A DNA stretch of 64,000 nt from an uncultured Methanomassiliicoccaceae archaeon. GTDB taxonomy: Archaea > Thermoplasmatota > Thermoplasmata > Methanomassiliicoccales > Methanomassiliicoccaceae. Below are positions 35,892-45,466 of the stretch, piece by piece. The DNA is taken from contig CAYZEV010000006.1 in the NCBI GenBank assembly GCA_964477865.1, positions 734-64,733 of the forward strand. Direction: 5' to 3'. Under the pieces are notes generated by a model. That model was not told the origin of the DNA. It saw nothing but the letters and a program-made list of their open reading frames with translations, and ran no database searches. Positions within the stretch are counted from its first letter, which is position 1, and each line of letters begins with the position of its first letter. Made by a program: the position numbers and the translations under genes.

Positions 35892-36674
35892 ATGTCGCGG
35901 GTTAGCGATTTCCCTGAAGAGAGCGAACTGGTCGTCTGCACGGTCCAGAGCGTCAAGAACTTCGGCGCCTTCGTATCTCTCGATGAGTACGATGGCAAGG
36001 AAGGCTTCATCCATATCAGGGATGTCGCTACCGGTTGGGTAAAGTACATACGCGACTACGTCCGGGAAGGACAGAAGATAGTGTGTAAAGTACTAGGAGT
36101 CGATTCTTCCAAGGGGCACATCGATCTCTCCCTCAAGTCGGTCAACGAGCACCAGAAGAGGGAGAAGATCCAGCAATGGAAGAACGAGAACAAGGCCGAC
36201 AAGCTCATCGAGATCGTGGCCGAACGCATGGGCATCAAGAAAGATGACTCGTACGATCAGTTCGGTTACGACCTCATCGACCGATTCGGCACCCTTTTCG
36301 GAGCGTTCGAGACAGTGGCGACCCATCCCGCTTCCCTTGAGGAAGAGGGAATGGAAGGCAACTGGACGAAGATCTTCGTCGAAGTGGCAAAGGAGAACGT
36401 CACCCCTTCCTACGTCCAAATTGACGGCTATATGGAAATGACCTGCTACACGCCGGATGGTGTGGACCGCATCAAGGATGCGCTCATCGCCGGCATAGTC
36501 TCTTCTAAAGAGCAGGTCAAGATCCAGTACATCGGTGCCCCCAAATATCGTGTGGTAGTGGCCGCGCCGGATTACAAGACCGCGGAAGAAGAGATGAAAC
36601 TGGTCACTAATCAAATAGTTACCAACCTGCAGTCCTGCGGCGGCAAGGCGACTTTCCACCGCGAGGCAAAATGA
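35892..36674 (+). CDS. eif2a: Translation initiation factor 2 subunit alpha
   Basis: 260 aa with an N-terminal S1 domain (..VVCTVQSVKNFGAFVSLDEYDGKEGFIHI..). It sits in the conserved cluster with L44e/S27e/Nop10. Confidence 0.9.
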   Translation: MSRVSDFPEESELVVCTVQSVKNFGAFVSLDEYDGKEGFIHIRDVATGWVKYIRDYVREGQKIVCKVLGVDSSKGHIDLSLKSVNEHQKREKIQQWKNENKADKLIEIVAERMGIKKDDSYDQFGYDLIDRFGTLFGAFETVATHPASLEEEGMEGNWTKIFVEVAKENVTPSYVQIDGYMEMTCYTPDGVDRIKDALIAGIVSSKEQVKIQYIGAPKYRVVVAAPDYKTAEEEMKLVTNQIVTNLQSCGGKATFHREAK

Positions 36675-36750
36675 TTATAACCGGGACCCCATGTGATATT
36701 TCTGGAAAGCGGACCGCGAACCGGTCTGGCCAGACTCAAAAGGTCTAAGC

Positions 36751-36942
36751 ATGAGAACGTCCCTAAGAAAGTGCCCCCAGTGCGTGGAGTACACTCTATC
36801 GGACCAGTGCCCCCGCTGCAGGTCAAGGACAGACACACCCATGCCTCCCAGATATTCCCCTGAGGACCGGTATGGCGAATATCGTAGAAGATTGAGAAAG
36901 GAGTGTGAAGCTTGTGGAAAAGATCAAGGCAGTATTCAGTGA
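36751..36942 (+). CDS. nop10: H/ACA RNP protein Nop10
   Basis: LRKCPQCVEYTLSDQCPRC..PPRYSPEDRYGEYRR is typical of Nop10. Confidence 0.85.
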   Translation: MRTSLRKCPQCVEYTLSDQCPRCRSRTDTPMPPRYSPEDRYGEYRRRLRKECEACGKDQGSIQ

Positions 36943-37672
36943 GGAACCTCAGTTCGACGGCCCCGTGCTGGTCGAGGGACTCCCAGGCGTAGGTAACGTC
37001 GGAAAGCTCGCTGCGGAGCACCTCCTGGACCAGCTCAAGGCGAAGAAGTTCGCTGACATTTACTCATCGCATTTCCCTCCCCAGGTCATCGTTGACGAGG
37101 AAGGGGTCATCAAGCTCGTTAACAACGAGATCTACTATTCAAAGGCCGATGGGAAGCACCCTGACCTAATTATCCTGGTTGGGGACTACCAGGGCCTCAC
37201 CCCGGAAGGACAGTACGACCTCTCGGACCACATCCTACAACTGTGCAAGACCTGGGGTGTGAAGACCATATTCACGCTGGGCGGGTATGGTATCGGCAAG
37301 ATGGTTGAGAGTCCCCGGGTGCTCGGGGCCGCCACCACCAAGGAGCTGGTCGAGGAGATGAAGGGCAAGGGCGTCATCTTCTCCAAGGGGGAGCCGGGCT
37401 CGGGTATCGTCGGTGCCAGCGGCCTGCTGCTTGGCCTAGGCAAGGTCTATGGCCTCGACGCCGTCTGCCTGATGGGTGAGACCTCCGGCTACTTTGTGGA
37501 TCCCAAGGGAGCGGAGGCCGTACTGCGCATACTTGCCACCATCCTGAACGTGGAGATCGACTTTACCGATCTGGTAAGCAAGGCCGAACAGATCGACCTC
37601 ATCACGTCCAAGCTCAAGGAGATCGAGAACCCGGCCGAGCCAAGGCGCGAGGACCTGGGCTACATCGGCTAA
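36905..37672 (+). CDS. PAC2-family proteasome assembly chaperone-like protein
   Basis: 255 aa with ..VLVEGLPGVGNVGKLAAEHL.. GTG start overlapping nop10. Confidence 0.7.
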   Translation: MKLVEKIKAVFSEEPQFDGPVLVEGLPGVGNVGKLAAEHLLDQLKAKKFADIYSSHFPPQVIVDEEGVIKLVNNEIYYSKADGKHPDLIILVGDYQGLTPEGQYDLSDHILQLCKTWGVKTIFTLGGYGIGKMVESPRVLGAATTKELVEEMKGKGVIFSKGEPGSGIVGASGLLLGLGKVYGLDAVCLMGETSGYFVDPKGAEAVLRILATILNVEIDFTDLVSKAEQIDLITSKLKEIENPAEPRREDLGYIG

Positions 37673-37892
37673 ACCAACTTCCCTTCCCTTCCATTTTTTA
37701 ATGATTACTGACAATTTGGACCATTGGTCGGTGCGGCTGCAATACGAAAACCAAAGCTGACCGCCACGTTAAAAAAGAAGCAATCTAGAGGCTGACCCGA
37801 GGCTGGTCGTTATTATCAAAAATTAAAAAATAAGAAGGGGGAGGTTGAAGGCAGGCTAGTGTTCGAGTGCATCCCATCCCAATCTTACAGCC

Positions 37893-38132
37893 CTACTTCC
37901 TCAAGTATTCTGATTCGAACTGTTCCATGGCGGCGAGGGTTTTCTCTGCCTCCTCCATCTTCTTTACCTTGTCCATTACGACATCGACCCGTTGGTAGAT
38001 GAAGTCCCTGATCGCGGCCCGGATGGCCTCCGAACGCGAGGGGAAATCGTCTACCTTGACCAGGAAGTCCAATGCTCTTACGTAGCGTTCGGGAAGGCGA
38101 ACCGTCACCTTCTCTAACTCAGGATCTTCCAT
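37893..38132 (-). CDS. CopG/ribbon-helix-helix family DNA-binding protein
   Basis: 79 aa, KVTVRLPERYVRALDFLV..FPSRSEAIRAAIRDFI. Confidence 0.65.
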   Translation of the reverse strand: MEDPELEKVTVRLPERYVRALDFLVKVDDFPSRSEAIRAAIRDFIYQRVDVVMDKVKKMEEAEKTLAAMEQFESEYLRK

Positions 38133-38343
38133 TATCGCACCATGTAACAGAAGAGGCCTATCCGACCTCTTTTGTCTGACAAGGTATACTCGGAGAACTA
38201 TATATAAATTGGTAAAATCTAAATATCAGCATAGATAATAATCGGTGGCCATCATGTATCACGAATGGTCATCTGGCCCGGTTCGCCAGCAATCCGGTCC
38301 AGGCGAAGTTTCAAATACACTATCCGTAATTAGGATGGTACCC

Positions 38344-38457
38344 CCCGACTTAGCTCAGTCTGGCTAGAGCGGCTGACTGTAGTGGGTTTCCGGTTCTACC
38401 GGTATCACAGCCGCCGATATCAGCAGGCCCCCGGTTCAAATCCGGGAGTCGGGACCA
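38344..38457 (+). tRNA. tRNA-Tyr (anticodon GUA) with a 36-nt intron after position 37, CCA encoded
   Basis: Acceptor CCCGACT/AGTCGGG with the C1:G72 pair characteristic of archaeal tRNA-Tyr. D arm GCTC..GAGC. Anticodon stem GCTGA/TCAGC is interrupted at 38383-38418. T arm CCCGG-TTCAAAT-CCGGG. Confidence 0.8.
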
Positions 38458-38460
38458 TTC

Positions 38461-38820
38461 TTATTTCCTCTCCTCCAGATAACTCTCTATCTTTTTCTGC
38501 AGCTCCGCCATACGGACGGGCTTGGACAGTATCTCCCTGGCCCCGGCCTTGAGCATCTGCTCGCCCTTCACTGCGGCGAAGGCGCTGATGCCCAGTACAA
38601 TGGCGGTGTCGTCGATCTGGAGTATCTTTCGTGTCGCCTCGATCCCATCCATGTCCGGCATTAGGATGTCCATGAGAACTATACGAGGGTGCTTCTCCCT
38701 GAACACCTGGACTGCCTGTCCGCCGGTGTCCGCTTCCACCAGATCGTAATCCGACAGCATCTCCCGCAGGACCTCTCTGATGAAATCATCATCATCGACG
38801 ACCAGGATCAAGGAACTCAT
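38461..38820 (-). CDS. Stand-alone response-regulator receiver (CheY-like)
   Basis: 119 aa with VVDDDD, LMDILMPDMDG and LSKP conserved positions. Confidence 0.85.
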   Translation of the reverse strand: MSSLILVVDDDDFIREVLREMLSDYDLVEADTGGQAVQVFREKHPRIVLMDILMPDMDGIEATRKILQIDDTAIVLGISAFAAVKGEQMLKAGAREILSKPVRMAELQKKIESYLEERK

Positions 38821-38935
38821 TCGGAGTACATAGGCCTCGGAACGGCTTAAATATTGTCTGCACCAAAGAACAATGTGGTGGAGCTTTGCTTGTCCTCGGT
38901 ACCAGCTCGATCACCGCAGGCCGAGAGGAGTTTTG

Positions 38936-41900
38936 ATGGTCGGAAGGTCGAAGGAGGAGTTCTGGAGCAGGGCCCGGCAGACCCAATCCCCGTTCTGGAC
39001 GGCGTTCATGATCTCCTCGGATGTCATTCTAATCCACGATCTGGACGGTAGCATACTGGAAGCTAATCCCGCCGCCCAGGAGAAACTTGGCTACAGCGTT
39101 GAAGAGCTGGAGGAGATGAACATCCTCGATATGGTCCTGGTGACCGATGAGGAGATGAAGAAGCGGGTCGAGAAGGTCAGCGAATATGGGGAGCTGACCT
39201 TCAGAGCCCGCCATAGGCGGAAAGATGGGACCACCTTCGAATCGGAGGTCCGGACGAGGAGGATGGAGATCGATGGGCGGGAGATCATCGTTGGCGTGGG
39301 CAGGGACATCACCGATCTCCGACTGGCCGAGATGCTGAATTCTACCCTGGATCGTATGAGCTCATCGATAAGCTCTCGGCCGGATTTTGACGACCTCTTG
39401 AGGTCGACGGTGATGACCGCTCGTTCCGCCTTGGGCTCGGACAGCGCGTCGATCATCCTCAGGGAGGGCGATTCCTGGACCGTCCGCTACGAGGACGGGT
39501 TCGCCCAGTATGGGAGAATAGGGGGCTTCATCACCGATGAATCAGTTGCGATCAAGATCGTGGAGAGGACCGGGCGGGTGCTGTTGATCAACGACGTGCG
39601 GGAGGACCCCCGACTGAACCAGGACCTCGCCGCCAGGTACAGCATTCGATCCCTCCTCATGGCCCCTTTGAAAGTGAAAGGGAGAACGATCGGGCTGCTG
39701 GGCTTCTTCTGCCACCATCGGGAGGGGGTGTTCACCGATGCCCACGTCGATTTCGCCAACAAGCTGGCCTATTCCATCACCCTGCTGCTGGAGAACGCCC
39801 GTTTGTCCGAGTCGGAGAGAGCGACGGAGGACTTCCTGCGAGGGGTTGTGGAAACTGTACCGGACGGTATCGTTGTCCTGGACCAGAGCGGCCGATTCAC
39901 CTTCGCCAATAAGGAGGCCGAACGGCTCCTCGCCCTGCCGCGCGATTCCATCCTGCTGCGCCAGCACGATGATCCACGATGGGGGTTGCGGTCTCTTGAT
40001 GATGAGGCCATTTCATCCGGGAGGACACCTTTCAGCCAAGTCAAGGGCGGCAAACGAGCGGTCCATGGTCAGGAGTTCAAGCTCCATCACGGGACCCGCG
40101 AGGAGGTCGTTCTCTCGACGAACATGACCCCGTTGTTCGGTCCCGGCGGAGAGTTCAGCGGCGCCATCGCCTCCCTGACCGATGTCTCTGATCGGAAGAG
40201 ATCGGAGAACATCCTGAGGCGGCGCACCCACCAGCTGGAAGTGCTTACCGGAGTGAGCAACAATCTGAACTCCCATCTGCAGACCGACACTATCCTGCGC
40301 TCCCTGGTGCGAGCGGCCATGGAACTGACCGAGGGAACTTCGGGGACGTCCGGCCAATTTGTCGATGGACAAATGGTGTTCAGGGAATACAATGAGAAAG
40401 GGAGACTCTTCCCCATAGAATTCCAATTCCCCAAAAATTATGGCGTACCCGGGTGGATCATCAACACTAGAAAGGCCTACATGACCAATAACGCGGCCCA
40501 GGACGTCCATGTCATCCCGGATGTCCGGCAGAGGTTGGGGTTCACCAATCTCATCAACGTTCCCATCCTGGACCCCCGCGGCGAGCTCCTGGGCTGCTTC
40601 GAGATCCATAACAAGGCCGAGGGCAAGGTGTTCACCGCAGACGACGTGACCATCCTGGAAGGACTGGCCTCCAGCGCAGCGGTCGCCCTTGAGAACGCCA
40701 GGACCCTCGAGGAGAAGGCCCGGTACGAGGTCGCCCTGGAAAAGCAGAAGAGGGACTATCAGACGGTCTTTGAATCGGTGCCGGCGCTGATCGCCATCAA
40801 GGATACTCAGAACAAAGTGATGATGGCCAATCACACATTTCGGGACACCTTCGGCCTGACCGAGGAGGATGTCGAGCGGTGGACCATCTCCCGAGATCCT
40901 ACTGCCATTGAGAGACATTACCAGGACGATCTTGAGGTGATCGAACGGAGAAGACCGAAACTGGGGGTCCTGGAGAGGGCCGTCGACGGCCGTGGAGAGG
41001 AAATATGGCTGATGACGGACAAGATGCCGTACCTCAACGGGGCCAGTAATGTGGTAGGGGTGATCATGTTCAGCCGGGACATAACCGAGCAGAGGAGGGC
41101 CCAGGAACAGCTGGTCCGGGAGAAGGAACAGATGGCCACCCTGATGGAGACCACCCCCTCCGGCATCACCCTCATCGACCGTAAAGGCCGCATCGTTTTC
41201 GTGAACCGCTCGGCCGAGATCATTCTGGGGCTCAGCAGGGAACGGGTCCTCGGACGGAGCTATGATGCTCCTGAATGGTCCATCACCGACTACGACGGGG
41301 GTCCTTTTCCCTCGGAGGGTTTGCCGTTCGCGGTGGTCACCGCGTCCGGCCGGCCGGTCCAGGGCATAAGGCACGCCATAAAATGGCCTGACGGGAGGAT
41401 GATATTGCTCCTATTGAACGCCGCGCCCATCTACGATGATTCCGGCATCATGAACGGAGTCATCGTTTCCATGGAGGACGTCACGGCCGCGATGATGACG
41501 GAGAGGGCCCTCCGCATCTCCCTGAAGACCTCTGACGACATCATCCAGCAGATACCTTCAGGCATGCTGCTCTTCCAATACCGGGAACCGGACCGCCTGA
41601 CGCTTTTGAGCGTGAATCCTACCGCCAACATCCTGCTGGGAGGGATGGAGAACAAGCTGGGCCGGGACTTCGATCAGATCTGGAAGGAGGGGGCATTCTT
41701 CGCCACCAAGGAGGAGTTCCTGGACGTGGTAAGGAGCGGGAGGACCATCTGGAGGGAGGGCGTCTATTACTCAGACATTTCCGTCAATGGCAACTTCACA
41801 TTCCGCGCCTTCTGCCTGCCGGACGATAAGCTGTGCGTCAATTTCGATGACGTTACCGAGCGCATGCGCGAGGCCGAGCTTCGCCGCCAGGCTTTCGCCC

Positions 41901-42112
41901 AGATCGAGAAGAACATCGAGCACTTCGCCACCCTGGTCGATCGGATAAGGAATCCGTTATCGGCCATCGTGGCCCAGGCCGACGCCGGTGGAGGGGACAT
42001 CTCCGAGAAGCTGCTCCAGAGGTCATCAGAGATAGAGGACATATTGAGCCAGCTGGACCAGGGGTGGCTGGAATCGGAGCAGGTGAGGGATTTCCTGAAG
42101 AAGAGCCTCTAG
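38936..42112 (+). CDS. Multi-PAS/GAF sensor protein with C-terminal DHp-like helix, no ATPase domain
   Basis: ATG at 38936 with gaggag SD, inside track ORF 38873..42112. Repeated PAS-like blocks (..DG.i..aN.a...l.Gy..eEl.G..) alternate with two GAF-like blocks. The protein ends ..LVDRIRNPLSAIV.. plus 57 codons. Confidence 0.75.
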   Translation: MVGRSKEEFWSRARQTQSPFWTAFMISSDVILIHDLDGSILEANPAAQEKLGYSVEELEEMNILDMVLVTDEEMKKRVEKVSEYGELTFRARHRRKDGTTFESEVRTRRMEIDGREIIVGVGRDITDLRLAEMLNSTLDRMSSSISSRPDFDDLLRSTVMTARSALGSDSASIILREGDSWTVRYEDGFAQYGRIGGFITDESVAIKIVERTGRVLLINDVREDPRLNQDLAARYSIRSLLMAPLKVKGRTIGLLGFFCHHREGVFTDAHVDFANKLAYSITLLLENARLSESERATEDFLRGVVETVPDGIVVLDQSGRFTFANKEAERLLALPRDSILLRQHDDPRWGLRSLDDEAISSGRTPFSQVKGGKRAVHGQEFKLHHGTREEVVLSTNMTPLFGPGGEFSGAIASLTDVSDRKRSENILRRRTHQLEVLTGVSNNLNSHLQTDTILRSLVRAAMELTEGTSGTSGQFVDGQMVFREYNEKGRLFPIEFQFPKNYGVPGWIINTRKAYMTNNAAQDVHVIPDVRQRLGFTNLINVPILDPRGELLGCFEIHNKAEGKVFTADDVTILEGLASSAAVALENARTLEEKARYEVALEKQKRDYQTVFESVPALIAIKDTQNKVMMANHTFRDTFGLTEEDVERWTISRDPTAIERHYQDDLEVIERRRPKLGVLERAVDGRGEEIWLMTDKMPYLNGASNVVGVIMFSRDITEQRRAQEQLVREKEQMATLMETTPSGITLIDRKGRIVFVNRSAEIILGLSRERVLGRSYDAPEWSITDYDGGPFPSEGLPFAVVTASGRPVQGIRHAIKWPDGRMILLLLNAAPIYDDSGIMNGVIVSMEDVTAAMMTERALRISLKTSDDIIQQIPSGMLLFQYREPDRLTLLSVNPTANILLGGMENKLGRDFDQIWKEGAFFATKEEFLDVVRSGRTIWREGVYYSDISVNGNFTFRAFCLPDDKLCVNFDDVTERMREAELRRQAFAQIEKNIEHFATLVDRIRNPLSAIVAQADAGGGDISEKLLQRSSEIEDILSQLDQGWLESEQVRDFLKKSL

Positions 42113-43395
42113 CCCAGGAGGGCCTGGGCCGCCTCCTCCGCTTCCCGGAGCGCCTGTTCCTCGTCCACAGGGATCATCTTGCGATCGAGCATGACCGGCA
42201 CCCCATCGCACAGCACGGTCCTGACGTTCAGACCATAGGCGGAATACACGAGGTTGGACACCACCGTGTCGGGTCGGGCCGGGCGCAGGTTGGCGGCCTT
42301 ACCGTCCAGGATGACCAGGTCGGCCTTCTTGCCCACCTCGACCGAGCCGATCAGGTGGTCCATGCGCACGGCCTTGGCCGCCTCGATGGTGGCCAGGTCC
42401 AGAACCCTCTGGGCAGGAAGGACGGTGGGGTCCCAACGGCTGGCCTTCTGCAGTAGGGACAGGGTCTTCATCTCACCGAACATGTCCAGGCTGTTGTTGG
42501 TAGTGGACCCGTCGGTGCCGATGGAGACGGTGACATCATTGCTCAGCATCTCCGGGATGGGGGCGACCCCTCCGGTGGCGAGCTTCATGTTGGAGACCGG
42601 GCAGGTGGCCACCCGGGTCCCGCTGCGGGATAGCTCGCGGACCTCGTTGATGGTGAGCCAGGCCGAATGGGCGGCCACGCAGTGATCGTTGAGGAAGCCG
42701 ATGGAGGCAAGATAGTCAGCGGGTCGCTTGCCCTCCTTGCGCTTGCAGTCGGACACCTCCTTCCGGGTCTCCGAGAGATGGAAGGTGAGCAGCAGGTCGT
42801 TCTCCAGGGCGTACTCTTTCGCCCCCAGGAAGGTCTCGGTCGAACACACATAGACGCCCTGGAGCCCCACCGCCGGATAGATGCGCGGCCGGCCCTTGAA
42901 CTGCTGGTGGAACCGCTTGCAGTTCTCCAGGGGGACCCCGTTCTGGGTGGTGAACCGCTGGTCGAGCACGGCCCAGCCCAGAATGCCCCTTATGCCGGTC
43001 TTCTCCACCGCCCGGGCGATGACGTCCTCCGCATAGTAAAGGTCCAGAAAAGTGGTCGTTCCCGAGCGGATCATCTCCAGGCAGCCCTGGACGGCGCCGG
43101 CCTCGATGTCCCGCTCGGTGCGCCGGGCATCCACTGCGAACACCTTGTCCAGGAACTGGGGGAATGGAAGGTCGTCGGCGATGCCCTTGAGGATGGCCAT
43201 GGAAACGTGGGTGTGGGTGTTTATCAGGCCGGGAATGACGATGTCCCCAGAGGCGTCGATCTCCACATCGGCGGAGCCGCGGACCTGCCCTCCCACCTGC
43301 CGGATGGTGCCGTCCTCGATCAATATGTCTCCATCGATCACCTGGCGTCCGACATTCTGGGTAACGATCCGGGCATCCTTGATTAGCGTGAGCAT
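42109..43395 (-). CDS. Amidohydrolase of the MtaD/DadD (methylthioadenosine/adenosine-type deaminase) family
   Basis: Motifs PGLINTHTHVSMA, FHLSET, AAHSAWL and SIGTDGSTTNNSLDM. The start is chosen at MLTLIKDARIV (43395); the track ORF extends to 43446. Confidence 0.75.
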   Translation of the reverse strand: MLTLIKDARIVTQNVGRQVIDGDILIEDGTIRQVGGQVRGSADVEIDASGDIVIPGLINTHTHVSMAILKGIADDLPFPQFLDKVFAVDARRTERDIEAGAVQGCLEMIRSGTTTFLDLYYAEDVIARAVEKTGIRGILGWAVLDQRFTTQNGVPLENCKRFHQQFKGRPRIYPAVGLQGVYVCSTETFLGAKEYALENDLLLTFHLSETRKEVSDCKRKEGKRPADYLASIGFLNDHCVAAHSAWLTINEVRELSRSGTRVATCPVSNMKLATGGVAPIPEMLSNDVTVSIGTDGSTTNNSLDMFGEMKTLSLLQKASRWDPTVLPAQRVLDLATIEAAKAVRMDHLIGSVEVGKKADLVILDGKAANLRPARPDTVVSNLVYSAYGLNVRTVLCDGVPVMLDRKMIPVDEEQALREAEEAAQALLG

Positions 43396-43522
43396 CTTGA
43401 TCGGCCGAACAATGATTTCGGCTCTAATGAACCTATCTTCGACCACGAAAAGCTTAGTTATCGATGAACGGCGTTAGGGTCGCACAGAGAAATGAGGAAG
43501 GAACACGACCAGCATCACTTTC

Positions 43523-44344
43523 TTGGGTACCGGGGGCGGCCGATTCGCCACCATCTATCAGATCAGGGCCACCGGGGGCATTTACATCAACGACGGCGCC
43601 CGCCTTCACCTGGACCCCGGACCATCGGCGCTGATGAACATGCGCCACCTGGCCCTGGACCCGGCCAAGACCGATGCGGTCCTCATCTCCCACTGTCATC
43701 CCGACCACTACGCCGACGCGGAGATGCTCATCGAAGGGATGACCAAGGGCGGGTTCAAGAAGACCGGGGTGCTGGTGGGGAGCCAGAGCGCCATCGAGGG
43801 CGCCAACGGCTTCAGCCCGGCGGTGTCGGCCTACCACCAGTCCATCACCGCCCAGGTCCTCAACGTAGAGCCGGGGACGTCGTTCGAGATCAAGGGCATG
43901 CGGATCGAGGCCACCCGGACATCACACAGCGATCCCACCGGGGTGGGTTTCCGTTTCCACGCCTCCACGGGGGACATCTCATATGTGGGAGACTCCGAAC
44001 TGACGCCCGATCTGGCCGCGGCCCACAAGGGATGCCGGGTGCTCATCCTTAACCTGACCAGGCCGTTGGGCTCTCGCGTGCCGAAACACCTGTGCACCGA
44101 GGACGCCGCCACGCTGGCCAAGGAGATCGGACCGGAGGTCGTCCTGCTCACCCATTTCGGGATGCGCCTGGTGCATGAGGGGATCAAGAAACAGGCAGCC
44201 TTCATCGAGGAACTGTCTGGCTCCCGGACCCTGGCGGCCGAGGACCTCATGACCGTACAGGTCGGAAAGACCATCCGCTCGACCCGCGCGAGGGGACAGG
44301 AGCTGATCGATGAGGCCAAGGCCCCGGTGGACCTGGACTCATAA
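43523..44344 (+). CDS. MBL-fold metallo-hydrolase
   Basis: ISHCHPDHY metal motif. The only in-frame start is TTG 43523, although conserved ..ITFLGTGGG.. begins upstream of it (see findings). Confidence 0.65.
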   Translation: MGTGGGRFATIYQIRATGGIYINDGARLHLDPGPSALMNMRHLALDPAKTDAVLISHCHPDHYADAEMLIEGMTKGGFKKTGVLVGSQSAIEGANGFSPAVSAYHQSITAQVLNVEPGTSFEIKGMRIEATRTSHSDPTGVGFRFHASTGDISYVGDSELTPDLAAAHKGCRVLILNLTRPLGSRVPKHLCTEDAATLAKEIGPEVVLLTHFGMRLVHEGIKKQAAFIEELSGSRTLAAEDLMTVQVGKTIRSTRARGQELIDEAKAPVDLDS

Positions 44345-44440
44345 CCATCGCCTTTTTATCATTATTTATAATTCTCACCTTTCACAATAGTTGACTACTT
44401 TCGATGGCAACACTTATATCGGGAACAACCCCTAAATTTT

Positions 44441-45040
44441 ATGATGATTATCTGCCAGCTAGCGGGCTTTTTAGGTAGCGGGAAGACCACTTTACTAGTC
44501 AAAATGGGCACGGAGCTCAGTAAGGCTGGCAAGAAGGTCGCCATCATTGTGAACGAGGTGGGCGAGGTAGGAGTGGACGGAGCGGTCATCGACTCCTTCG
44601 GCCTGAAGAGCGTGGAGATCACCGAAGGGTGCATCTGCTGCTCCCTGTCTGGCAGCCTTCAGAACACCCTCAGGATGGTGACGCGCGAATACCAGCCAGA
44701 CGTCATTATCATCGAACCGACCGGCATCGCCCTGGCCTCCAAGATCAACCAGATCGTCAGGACCGCCATGGTGGGCGAGGACCACATGTATACGATCTGC
44801 CTCATCGATGCTTTCCGAGCGGTGAAGCTCTTCAACGAGGCCCACCTGTTCCTAAGCCGGCAGGTGGCCGGGGCCGACATCGTGGCGGTGAACAAGATCG
44901 ATCTGGTGGACGACCAGCTCCGGGAGAATGTCACCAAGATCATCCAGGACATCAGTCCCCAATCCAAGATCGCTTACATCTCGGCCAAGGATGGTACGGG
45001 ACTGGACCAACTCGTTAAAATGCTGGGGGGGAGCGCATGA
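44441..45040 (+). CDS. CobW/HypB/UreG-type (COG0523-like) P-loop GTPase, nucleotide-binding half
   Basis: 199 aa with Walker A GFLGSGKTT, CxCC metal motif GCICCS and NKIDL (NKxD). Confidence 0.75.
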   Translation: MMIICQLAGFLGSGKTTLLVKMGTELSKAGKKVAIIVNEVGEVGVDGAVIDSFGLKSVEITEGCICCSLSGSLQNTLRMVTREYQPDVIIIEPTGIALASKINQIVRTAMVGEDHMYTICLIDAFRAVKLFNEAHLFLSRQVAGADIVAVNKIDLVDDQLRENVTKIIQDISPQSKIAYISAKDGTGLDQLVKMLGGSA

Positions 45041-45456
45041 GCGAAGACTCGAAGGAGCTGGCCGATGCGGGTTCGTTCGGCCTGAAGCTTGATTTTCATT
45101 CTCACGAGGATATCCCCACGGAACGCTTCGTATCCATGATAGAAGATGTCCTGACCGAGGTCGGTAAGAGGGTCATGGAAGAGCGCGGAAGCCTGCTGGG
45201 GCACATCAAAGCGTTCATAACCACGCCCCACGGGACCCTCAAGGTCAACCTCATCGACCTGGAGCTGGGGCCGGACAGCTTGAATCGCATCAGCTCGTCG
45301 GCGGTGTCCGAGGGGGAGATGAAGTTCATGGCCGCGCTGATAGGTCTGAGCGACCATGCGGTGGAAGAGATCATGGAGGAAAGTCTGGAGTCCCTGAAGG
45401 GCCCCCTGGATCTCGAGATCGAGGAACACGAGCACGAACACGAGCACGAGGATTGA
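45037..45456 (+). CDS. Acidic protein with His-rich tail, possibly the detached CobW C-terminal domain
   Basis: 139 aa with an ATGA start/stop overlap with the GTPase. The central ..LLGHIKAFITTPHGTLKVNL.. is followed by the tail EEHEHEHEHED. Confidence 0.45.
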   Translation: MSEDSKELADAGSFGLKLDFHSHEDIPTERFVSMIEDVLTEVGKRVMEERGSLLGHIKAFITTPHGTLKVNLIDLELGPDSLNRISSSAVSEGEMKFMAALIGLSDHAVEEIMEESLESLKGPLDLEIEEHEHEHEHED

Positions 45457-45466
45457 GGTGGGTGAA

